A DNA stretch of 64,000 nt from positions 4,650,001-4,714,000 of the forward strand of contig CM059443.1 in assembly GCA_030390025.1 (NCBI GenBank), given 5' to 3'. The notes under the pieces are model-generated. The model saw only the letters and a list, made by a program, of their open reading frames with translations. It made no database searches and was not told where the DNA came from. The position numbers and the translations under genes were made by a program. The DNA is from Squalus acanthias (Eukaryota). This document shows positions 49,009 through 60,540 of this stretch, piece after piece. Each line of letters starts with the position of its first letter. Position 1 is the first letter of the stretch.

Positions 49009-49016
49009 ATGTAAAT
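49009..49016 (-). promoter_or_regulatory. Mutated promoter octamer (ATTTACAT), cluster 2
   Basis: Same position as 7596-7603 with one substitution. Confidence 0.75.
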
Positions 49017-49120
49017 GAGAGCGATTCACACTGACCAACCAGGGCAAGGATCTGAAACCCTCTCATTCAGCGTCAGAGACTGTCAGATTGAGGCAGTGAC
49101 ACCTCAGCACTGTCAGCAAC

Positions 49121-52100
49121 CAGAGTTACCCTTGTCCTCACCTTTCACCTCACCAGCCTCCACATTCAACGGATCATCCTCCGCCATTTCCGCCACCTCC
49201 AGCGCGATCCCACTACCAAACGCATCTTCCCCTCACCTCCCCTTTCAGCATTCCGTAGGGACCGCTCCCTCCGCGACACCCTAGTCCACTCCTCTATCAC
49301 CCCCAACACCCCTTCCCCTTCGCCCGGCACCTTCCCGTGCAAGCACAGGAGATGCAACACATGCCCTTATACCTCCCCCCTTCTCACTGTCTAGGGCCCC
49401 AAACACCCCTTCCAGGTGAAACAGCGATTTACTTGTACTTCTTGCAATTTAGTATACTGTATTCACTGCTCACGATGTGGTCTCCTCTACATTGGGGAGA
49501 CCAAACACAGATTGGGTGACCGCTTTGCGGAACACCTCCGTTCAGTCCGTAAGGGGGACCCCGAGCTTCCAGTCGCCTGTCACTTTAATTCTCCGCTCCA
49601 CTCCCACTCAGACTTCACCGTCCCCGGCCTCTTGCATTGTTCCACTGAAGCTCAGCGTAAGCTCGAGGAACAGCACCTCATCTTTCAATTAGGCACTTTA
49701 CAGTCCTCTGGACTCAACATAGAGTTCAACAATTTCAGATCATAACCTCAGCCCCTATCATATATATATATTTTATCCACACTCTTTGTCTGTCTTATTT
49801 TTCTCTCTCCCACATGGCAGCTGTCTTCATTCTGCCAGCGCAATTTACACTTCATCTAGAGCCATCCTTTGTTTCTTAACCTGTCCCATTACCATCTCCT
49901 TTTGCCTTGAATATCTCTTAATATCTCTTAACCTCTCCTGCCTCCCATCCTATCACAGACCTTCCCTTTTGTTCTTTCATCCCCTCCCCCCTTTCTCAGC
50001 CTCTACACTTGCTTAAAAATCTGTTCCATTTCCTGCTTTTTTCCAGTTCTGACGAAAGGTCATTGACCTGAAACGTTAACTCTGTTTCTCTCTTCACAGA
50101 TGTTGCCTGACCTGCTGAGTATCTCCAGCATTTTCTGTTTTTATTTCAGATTTCCAGCATCTGCAGTATTTTCTTTTTGTATTAGTGTTTAATTCACTGC
50201 CACCTCTCTTCCAGGAATGCCCACCTTGAAGAAGTTCTGCCCTTCTCTTCGACAGGAGTTCCGTTTGTCTCTTTTACCTTGTTCATCTTCATTGTTTTCT
50301 GTCTCCCTTCTTGTGTTTGATCAGGTATCTACCAAAACTCGCTTTCACAGCCACGTATCTTTCCTCAGCAACTGTCTCCGGCTCCAACTTACTCCACGTG
50401 GATTCCAACTGAAATTGCACCCTTCGTGTTTTGGATCCACCCAGGACTACAGATATCTCCAAGATATTCAGCGTTCCTCGAACCACTGCTCTCGCCGTAT
50501 CCTGAGATCCATGCTGAATGCCATGCGCCGCCACATGAACACTCTCGACCTCTCTCTTCAGCAGCACCGACTCACTCTATTTCAAAGCTGTCCTGGTCCG
50601 CAGTTCCATTTCATCCTTCGCCTCATCCGGCGCTTTAACAAAAAACTTGTTTTCTTCCTTTCAAGTGTCAAGGATCGAAGGCTTTAACAACCCTTGAACA
50701 CCAACGACCCTCCGGAACCTTCTTCCCCTTCACTTTCCTCTGACCCCATCCCTTCTCCCAATCTCACCCCCTGCCGTGTTTTCACTATCCCCTCTGACCT
50801 TCCCCTCTCTGACCCCGAACGATCAGTCCTTAGCAAAGGCCTGAGCTTCATCCCCTTACGCCCCCACCTCAATGAATTTCGAGCTCGGCACGATGCTGAG
50901 CTGTTTTTCCGCCGCCTTCGTCTCCGTGCCCACTTCTTTGACCAGGAGTCTTCCCCCCACACGGCTGACCCTTTCTCCCGCTTTCAGAATTCTCGTTCCA
51001 CCTGGACCCCTCCCTCTGGCCTCTTACCCTCTCTAGATCTTTTCATTGCAAACTGCCGGCGTGACATCGGCCGTCTCTATTTCTCTGCTCCCCTCACTCA
51101 CTCCAACCTACCTCCCTCTGAACTTGCAGCACTCCATTCTCTCAGATCCAACCCCGACATTGTCATTAAACCTGCTGACAAGGGTGGTGCTGTTGTTGTT
51201 TGGCGAACCGACCTCTACCTAGCGGAAGCTGAACGCCAACTCTCCGACACCTCCTCCTACTTCCGCCTGGACCATGACCCCCACCACCGAACATAAAGCC
51301 ACCGTTTCCAAGACTGTCACTGACCTCATCTCCTCTGGCGATCTTCCCCCCACGGCCGCCAACCTCATAGTTCCCCAACCCCACACAGCCCTCTTCTACC
51401 TCCTTCCCAAGATCCACAAACAGGACTGCCCTGGTAGACCCATCGTTTCAGCTTGTTCTTGCCCCACGGAACTTATCTCTTCCTGTCTCGACTCTATTTT
51501 TTCTCCCCTTGTCCAGTCTCTTCCCACCTACATCCGCGGCTCTTCCGACGCCCTCCGCCACTTTAACAGTTCAGTTCCTGGTCCTTTTCACTATGGACGT
51601 ACAATCCCTCTACACCTCCATCCCCCACCAGGATGGCCTGAGGGCGCTCCGCTTCTTCCTTGAACAGAGGCCCAACCAGTCCCCATCCACCACCACTCTC
51701 CTCCGCCTGGCTGAACAACTTCTCCTTTGACTCCGCTCACTTCCTCCATGGGTCCTAGCTATGCCTGCCTTTTCGTGGGATATGTGGAACACTCTTTGTT
51801 CCAGTCCTACTCAGGTCCCCTCCCTCACCTCTTTTTCCGGTACATTGATGACTGTGTCGGTGCCGTTCCCTGCTCTTGCCCTGAACTAGATAATTTCATT
51901 CACTTTGCTTCCAATTTCCACCCTTCCCTCACCTACACATGGTCCATCTCCGACTTTTCCCTTCCCTTCCTCGACTTCTCCGTCTCCATCTCTGGGGATA
52001 GGTTATTGACAAACATTCACTACAAGCCCACTGACTCCCACAGCTACCTGGACTACACTTCCTCCCACTCCGCCTCCTGTAAGGACTCTATTCCATTCTC

Positions 52101-55100
52101 CCAGTTTCTCCGTCTCCGCCGCATCTGCTCTGACGATGCCACCTTCCATACCAGTGCTTCTGACATGTCTTCCTTTTTCCTGAACCAAGGATTCCCCTCT
52201 ACAGTGGTTGACACGGCCCTTGACCGTGTCCATTCTATCTCCCGCACTTCTGCTCTCACTCCTGCCCCTCCCTCCTGGAACCACGACAGAGTTCCCCTTG
52301 TCCTCACCTTTCACCTCACCAGCCTCCACATTCAACGGATCATCCTCCGCCATTTCCACCACCACCAGCGTGATCCCACCACCAAACGCATCTTTCCCTC
52401 ACCTCCCCTTTCAGCATTCCGTAGGGACCGCTCCCTCCACGACACCCTAGTCCACTCCTCTATCACCCCCAAAACCCCTTCCCCTTCGCCCGGCACCTTC
52501 CCGTGCAAGCGCAGGAGATGCAACACATGCCCTTATACCTCCCTCTTCTCACTGTCCAGGGCCCCAAACACCCCTTCCAGGTGAAACAGCGATTTACTTG
52601 TACTTCTTGCAATTTAGTATACTGTATTCGCTGCTCACGATGTGGTCTCCTCTACATTGGGGAGACCAAACGCAGATTGGGTGACCGCTCAGTCCGTAAG
52701 GGGGACCCCGAGCTTCCGGTCGCCTGTCACTTTAATTCACTGCTCCACTCACACTCAGACCTCACCGTCCTCGGCCTCTTGCATTGTTCCACGGAAGCTC
52801 AGCATAAGCTAGAGGAACAGCACCTCATCTTTCGATTAGGCACTTTACAGCCTTCCGGACTCAACATCGAGTTCAACAATTTCAGATCATAACCTCAGCC
52901 CCTATCATATATATATATTTTATCCACACTCTTTGTCTGTCTTTTTTTTTTCTTCTCCCTCACATGGCAGCTGTCTTTCATTCTGCCAGCGCAATTCACA
53001 CTTCATCTCGAGCCATCCTTTGTTTCTTAACCGGTCCCATTACCATCTCCTTTTGCCTTGAATATCTCTTAATATCTCTTAACCTCTTCCGCCTCCCATC
53101 CTATCACAGACCTTCCCTTTTGTTCTTTCATCTTCTCTCCCCTTTCCCAGCCTCTACACTTGCTTAAAAATCTGTTCCATTTCCTGCTTTTTTCCAGTTC
53201 TGACGAAAGGTCATCGACCTGAAACGTTAACTCTGTTTCTCTCTTCACAGATGCTGCCTGACCTGCTGAGTATCTCCAGCATTTTCTGTTTTTGTTTCAG
53301 ATTTCCAGCATCTGCAGTATTTTCTTTTTGTATTAGTGTTTAATTCACTGCCACCTCTCTTCCAGGAATGCCCACCTTGAAGAAGTTCTGCTCTTCTCTC
53401 CGACGGGAGTTCCGTTTGTCTCTTTTACCTTGTTCATCTTCATTGCTTTCTGTCTCCCTTCTTGTGTTTGATCAGGTATCTACCAAAACTCGCTTTCACA
53501 GCCACGTATCTTTCCTCAGCAACTGTCTCCGGCTCTGACTTACTCCACGTGGATTCCAACTGAAATTGCACCCTTCGTGTTTTGGATCCACCCAGGACTA
53601 CAGATATCTCCAAGATATTCAGTGTTCCTCGAACCACTGCTCTCGCCGTATCTTGAGATCCATGCTCAACGCCATGCGCTGCCACATGAACACTCTCAAC
53701 CTCTCTCTTCAGCAGCACCGACTCACTCTATCTCAAAGCTGTCCTGGTCCGCAGTTCCATTTCATCCTTCGCCTCATCCGGCGCTTTAACAAAAAACTTG
53801 TTTTCTTCCTTTCAAGTGTCAAGGATCGAATGCTTCAACAACCCTTGAACACCAACGACCCTCCGGAACCTTCTTCCCCTTCACTTTCCTCTGACCCCAT
53901 CCCTTCTCCCAATCTCACCCCCTGCCATGTTTTCACTATCCCCACTGACCTTCCCCTCTCTGACCCCGAACGATCTGTCTTTAGCAAAGGCCTGAGCTTC
54001 ATCCCCTTACGCCCCCACCTCAATGAATTTCGAGCTCGGCACGATGCTGAGCTGTTTTTCCGCCGCCTTCGTCTCCGTGCCCACTTCTTTGGCCAGGAGT
54101 CTTGCCCCCGCACGGCTGACCCTTTCTCCCACTTTCAGAATACTCGTTCTACTTGGACCCCTCCCTCTAGCCTCTTACCCTCTCTAGATCTTTTCATTGC
54201 AAACTGCCGGCGTGACATCGGCTGTCTCCATTTCTCTGCTCCCCTCACTCACTCCAACCTACCTCCCTCTGAACTTGCAGCACTCCATTCTCTCAGATCC
54301 AACCCCGACATTGTCATTAAACCTGCTGACAAGGGTGGTGCTGTTGTTGTTTGGCGAACCAACCTCTACCTAGCAGAAGCTGAACGCCAACTCTCCGACA
54401 CCTCCTCCTACTTCCGCCTGGACCATGACCCCCACCACCGAACATAAAGCCACCGTTTCCAAGACTGTCACTGACCTCATCTCCTCTGGCGATCTTCCCC
54501 CCACGGCCGCCAATCTCATAGTTCCCCAACCCCACACAGCCCTCTTCTACCTCCTTCCCAAGATCCACAAACAGGACTGCCCTGGTAGACCCATCGTTTC
54601 AACCTGTTCTTGCCCCACGGAACTTATCTCTTCCTGTCTCGACTCTATTTTTTCTCCCCTTGTCCAGTCTCTTCCCACCTATATCCGCGGCTCTTCCGAC
54701 GCCCTCCGCCACTTTAACAGTTTCCAGTTTCCTGGCCCCAACCGCCTCCTTTTCACTATGAACGTACAATCCCTCTACACCTCCATCCCCCACCAGGATG
54801 GCCTGAGGGAGCGCCGCTTCTTCCTTGAACAGAGGCCCAACCAGTCCCCATCCACCACCACCCTCCTCCGCCTGGCTGAACTTGTTCTCACATTGAACAA
54901 CTTCTCCTTTGACTCCGCTCACTTCCTCCATGGGTCCTAGCTATGTCTGCCTTTTCGTGGGATATGTGGAACACTCTTTGTTCCAGTCCTACTCAGGTCC
55001 CCTCCCTCACCTCTTTTTCCGGTACATTGATGACTGTATCGGTGCCGTTCCCTGCTCTCGCCCTGAACTAGGTAATTTCATTCACATTGCTTCCAAATTC

Positions 55101-56482
55101 CACCCTTCCCTCACCTTCACATGGTCCATCTCCGACTCTTCCCTTCCCTTCCTCGACTTCTCCGTCTCCATCTCTGGGGATAGGTTATTGACAAACATTC
55201 ACTACAAGCCCACTGACTCCCACAGCTACCTGGACTACACTTCCTCCCACCCCGCCTCCTGTAAGGACTCTATTCCATTCTCCCAGTTTCTCCGTCTCCG
55301 CCGCATCTGCTCTGACGATGCCACCTTCCATACCAGTGCTTCTGACATGTCTTCCTTTTTCCTCAACCGAGGATTCCCCACTACAGTGGTTGACACGGCC
55401 CTTGACCGTGTCCATTCTATCTCCCGCACTTCTGCTCTCACCCCTGCCCCTCCCTCCCGGAACCACGACAGAGTTCCCCTTGTCCTCACCTTTCACCCCA
55501 CCAGCCTCCACATTCAACGGATCATCCTCCGCCATTTCCGCCACCACCAGCGTGATCCCACCAACAAACGCATCTTCCCCTCACCTCCCCTTTCAGCATT
55601 CCGTAGGGACCGCTCCCTCCGCGACACCCTAGTCCACTCCTCTATCACCCCCAACACCCCTTCCCCTTCGCCCGGCACCTTCCCGTGCAAGCGCAGGAGA
55701 TGCAACACATGCCCTTATACCTCCCCTCTTCTCACTGTCCAGGGCCCCAAACACCCCTTCCAGGTGAAACAGCGATTTACTTGTACTTCTTGCAATTTAG
55801 TATACTGTATTCGCTGCTCACGATATGGTCTCCTCTACATTGGGGAGACCAAACGCAGATTGGGTGACCGCTCAGTCCGTAAGGGGGACCCCGAGCTTCC
55901 GGTCGCCTGTCACTTTAATTCACCGCTCCACTCACACTCAGACCTCACCGTCCTCGGCCTCTTGCATTGTTCCACGGAAGCTCAGCGTAAGCTCGAGGAA
56001 CAGCACCTCATCTTTCGATTAGGCACTTTACAGTCCTCTGGACTCAACATCGAGTTCAACAATTTCAGATCATAACCTCAACCCCTATCACATATATATA
56101 TATTTTTTATCCACACTCTTTGTCTGTGTCTTTTTTTCTCTTCTCTCCCACATGGCAGCCGTCTTTCATTCTGCCAGCGCAATTTACACTTCATCTAGAG
56201 CCATCCTTTGTTTCTTAACCTGTCCCATTACCATCTCCTTTTGCCTTGAATATCTCTTAATGTCTCTTAACCTCTTCCGCCTCCCATCCTATCACAGACC
56301 TTCCCTTTTGTTCTTTCATCTTCTCCCCCCTTTCCCAGCCTCTACACTTGCTTAAAAATCTGTTCCATTTCCTGCTTTTTTCCTGTTCTGACGAAAGGTC
56401 ATCGACCTGAAACGTTAACTCTGTTTCTCTCTTCACAGGTGTTGCCTGACCTGCTGAGTTTCTCCAGCATTTTCTGTTTTTA
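49121..56482 (+). mobile_element. Penelope-like element array (partial copy plus two near-full copies), probably Neptune-like, decayed
   Basis: KPADKGGAVVV, YLLPKIHK..PGRPIVS, RYIDD, Cys-rich linker CKRRRCNTC, GIY-YIG LVYCIRCSRCGLLYIGET...GLN. EN ends repeat at 49745, 52892 and 56075 (about 3.15-kb period). Confidence 0.92.
50043..50082 (+). ncRNA. Minimal type-I hammerhead ribozyme motif in pLTR (also about 53194-53233, 56382-56421 and 24117-24156)
   Basis: AGTT-CTGACGA-a-AGGTC(att)GACCT-GAAA-CG-TT|AACT: core, stem II, palindromic AACGTT stem III and a 4-bp stem I. Confidence 0.7.
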
Positions 56483-57876
56483 TTACCAATTTACTAACTT
56501 GCCAGCCAGCTGACTATCATATTTTGACCTGCTATCAAGCACCAGCTGACTATTAAGTCTATTAAATATATTCTACTAACCGCTAAATGCAGTCTATTAT
56601 CTGAGTATTTGCTATTTTCATAGAATCAGGACATTGAGAGCCAATTGCACCTCATTTAAATACCAAAGGGGATTGGCTGAAGCTGAACTGCACTGAGATG
56701 TGGCTTCAACCAATCAGCTTCCAGTATTTGAATGAGGTTTGGTGCCGCCCAAAGCAGCTGCCCCGAGTGGGCGTGAAACTGACAAACACCTGGAGTCCCA
56801 GCAGGAACTGTGGGCTGTTATTTTAAGGAGAGGGGCTGTCCAGAACAGAGTCAAACCCTCTAGATCTGTATTTTATACCCACATTACACAAATATCTGAG
56901 AGTTTCAGCTCCACCCATTTAAGTAACTCAGACACTTCACTGTTTAAAGGGGATTTTATCTCCAGTACTGTGGGGGGAGGGGGGGTCTCTGGGTGTGGTC
57001 AGTTTTAGGATCAACATGCTTTATAAACTCTGTGTGAAGAGAAAGAAAGATTAAGAGGAGAGCTATTTTTATGGAATAAAGAATTGTCTGGGCAGAATTA
57101 TTTTTTGCTTTTAGTAAAAATAGCACATTTTATTTTAGAAGTTTGGAGACTGTCGAGTCAGGCCTCCCTTACTGTAAAGCAGCTCTGGTGCCATCACTGC
57201 ATAACTATGAATTTTCAACCATGAAGAACATATCTTATATGCTACAAATTAAACCTATATTGGTACCCTGGAATGGGTGAGGCTCGGGAGGGACTGCTCT
57301 GACTGAAAAGAGATGACAAAAATCAGAGTACTCTTTGTCCCTTCTCAGTTCAGTCCCAAAGAATGATGTCCAAGCTAATTTAAACATCCACCAAGAACCA
57401 ATGAGTCTACCATCCACTGTTATATGGAGTACGCATCCCAGATAAAGTCTCAGATTTGGCCATGTACTGGCATAACTTCCAAATTGATCATCAGTGCCAC
57501 AAAAGACATTAGGCTGAAAGCCTCATGCAAATCAATGAAAACGATACTGGTACTGTTCTTTGAGCCTAATGGTGCTCTGTGAACCTGAATGAAATCTCAA
57601 CCTGCTCCACACATTGCTCATAATCCAGCGGGTTCCATTTTGATCATGCTTCGGTCGTCCAATACACATGCCATTATCAGCCAAAGACTAATACCAGTGG
57701 CTCGAGTCTTAAAAATACAGATTTTTAAAAATCTAAAATGTGGTATTACTCTGAATATAAAAATATTTCCCCATTAATGTTAGAGTTACTTCATGATGGT
57801 TTACAGAACCCACTGAGTGTGACAGTTAACACATAGCAGAAAGCACAAGTTTCCGCACCATTCCTTTAAGTACATT

Positions 57877-59710
57877 AAGTAGGAGCAGGAGTAGGTCACT
57901 TGGCCCCTCGAACCTGCTCCGCCATTCAATAAGATCATGGCTGATCTGATCTTGGCCTCAACTCCACTTCCCTGCCTGCTCCCCATAACCCTTGACTTCC
58001 TTATCATTCAAAATTCTGTCTATCTCCACCTTAAATATATTCAATGACCCAGCCTCCACAACTCTCTGGGGAAGAGAATTCCAAAGATTCACGACCCTCT
58101 GAGAGAAGAAATTCCTCCTCATTTCCAATTTAAAAGGGTGCCCCCTTATTCTGAAACCATGCCCCCTAGTTCTAGATTCCCCCACAAGGGGAAACACCCT
58201 CTCTGCATCTACCCTGTCAAGCCCCTTCAGAATCTTATATGTTTCAATAAGATCACCTCTCATTCTTCTAAACTCCAATGAGTATAGGCCCAACCTGCTC
58301 AACCTTTCTTCATAAGATAACCCCTTCATCTCCGGAATCAACCTCGTGAACCTTCTCTGAACTGCCTCCAATGCAAGTATATCCTTCCTTAAATAAGGAG
58401 ACCAAAATTGTACGCAGTACTCCAGGTGTGGTCTCACCAACGCCCTGTACAGTTGTAACAGGACTTCCCTACTTTTATACTCCATTCCCTTTGCAATAAA
58501 GGCCAACACTCCATTTGCCTTCCTAATTACTTGCTGTACCTGCATGCTAACTTTTTGTGATTCATGTACAAGGACCCCCAGATCCTTCTGTACCTCAGCA
58601 TTTTGTAATCTCTCCCCATTTCAATAATAATTTGTTTTTTTATTTTTCCTACCAAAGTGGATAACCTCGCATTTTCCCACATTAAACTCCATCTGCCAGA
58701 TTTTTGCCCACTCACTTAGCCTATCTATATCCCTTTGGAGATTCTTTGCGTCCTCCACACAATTTGCTTTCCCACCTATCTTTGTATCATCTGCAAATTT
58801 GGCTACATTACACTCAGTCCCTTCATCCAAGTCATTAATATAGATTGTAAATAGTTGAGGGCCCAGCACTGATCCCTGCGGCACCCCACTAGTTACAGTG
58901 TGCCAACCTGAAAATGACCCATTTATCCTGACTCTCTGTTTTCTGTTAGTTAGCCAATCCTCTATCCATGCTAATATGTTACCCCCAATCCTGTGAGCTC
59001 TTATCTTGTGTAGTAACCTTTTATGTGGCACCTTATCGAATGCCTTCTGGAAATCCAAATACACGACATCAACTGGTTCCCCTTTATCCACCCTGCTCAT
59101 TACATCCTCAAAGAACTCCAGCAAATTTGTCAAACATGATTTCCCTTTCATAAAACCATGCTGACTCTGCTTGACTATATTATGATTTTCTAAATGTCCT
59201 GCTATCACTTCTTTAATGATGGACTCCAGCATTTTCCCAATGACAGATGTTAGGCTAACTGGTCGATAGTTCCCTGCTTTCTGTCTCCCTCCTTTCTTAA
59301 ATAGGGGCGTTACATTTGTAGTTTTCCATTCCTCTGGGACCTCTCCAGAATCCAGAGAACTTTGGTAGATTACAACCAATGCATCCACTATCTCTGCAGC
59401 CACCTCTTTTAAGACTCTAGGATGCACGCCATCGGGTCCAAGGGACTTGTGCACCTTTAGTCCCATTAGTTTGCCTAGTACTTTCTCTCTAGTGATAGTG
59501 ATTGTTTTAAGTCCATCCCCCCCCCACCCCAATAGTCCCTTGATTATCCATTATTGGGATGCTTTTAGTGTCTTCTACCATGAAGACCGATACCAAATAT
59601 TTGTTCAAGGCCTCCGCCATTTCCCTGTTTCCCATTATTAATTCCCCAGACTCATCCTCTAGGGGACCAACGTTTACTTTAGCTACTCTCTTCCTTCTTA
59701 CATACCTCTT
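57877..59710 (-). mobile_element. CR1 LINE, 5'-truncated
   Basis: ORFs 58621..59532 and 57958..58545 carry CR1 RT and C-terminal motifs; close relative of 12248-14593. Confidence 0.92.
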
Positions 59711-60049
59711 CCTTTTTAAGTACCTGAATTATACATGAGTCATATGGTGATAAATGGCAGCCATTTTGTTGAAGTTAATGGTGCTGGTGACTGTTCTAAT
59801 GGTGTTTCCATGTGTGAAGAAACAGATTTTTGATCAGCTGTGCGAACCATGGAGCAGCAGACGTGCAAGAGCATGTGATGATCATTTACCTGCACTCCCA
59901 GCAGGAGAGGGCTGCGTCTATTTCCACCACTGTGTTGGAAATAGCAAATTTCTTATTCTCACCGACAGGAAGTGGGAGGACAATATTCACCCAACACTTT
60001 GTCTGCAATGTGTAATTTGATCCAGCCATTGTCAGTTCAGACAAGGCAT

Positions 60050-60360
60050 AGTGCTAACATTACTGATTTCAGAGAACAGACAGCGCTAACACTACCAACT
60101 TCAGAGAACACACAGCGCTAACACTACCGAGTTCAGACACAGCACTAACACTACCGAACTCAGAAAACGCACAGCGCTAACACTACCTAGTTCAGAGAAA
60201 AATGAGAAGTCGCACAACACCAGGTTATAGTCCAACAGATTTATTTAATTTTACAAGCTTTCGAAGCAGTTCGCTCCTTCGTCAGGTCAGATTTCAGAGA
60301 ACACAGCGCTAACACTACCGAGTTCAGAGAACGCACAGCGCTAACACTACCGAGTTCAGA
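60050..60360 (+). repeat. 32-bp minisatellite (about 7 imperfect copies) interrupted by a short hammerhead-bearing fragment at about 60203-60288
   Basis: Unit CAGCGCTAACACTACCGAGTTCAGAGAACACA. Confidence 0.85.
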
Positions 60361-60540
60361 TAGGAATGGGTGAGGCCATGGAGGGATTGCAACATGAGGA
60401 TGAGAATTTTAAAATCAAGGTGTTGGTGGACTGGGACCCAATGTAGGTCAGCTAGCACAGGGGTGATGGGTGAACGGGACTTGCTGCGAGTTAGGATACA
60501 GGCAGCAGAGTTTTGGATGAGCTCAAGTATATTAAGGGTG

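Noticed and set aside
60050-60360. CRISPR-like appearance of the 32-bp repeats
   Set aside because: Head-to-tail units without unique spacers, in vertebrate DNA with no cas genes.
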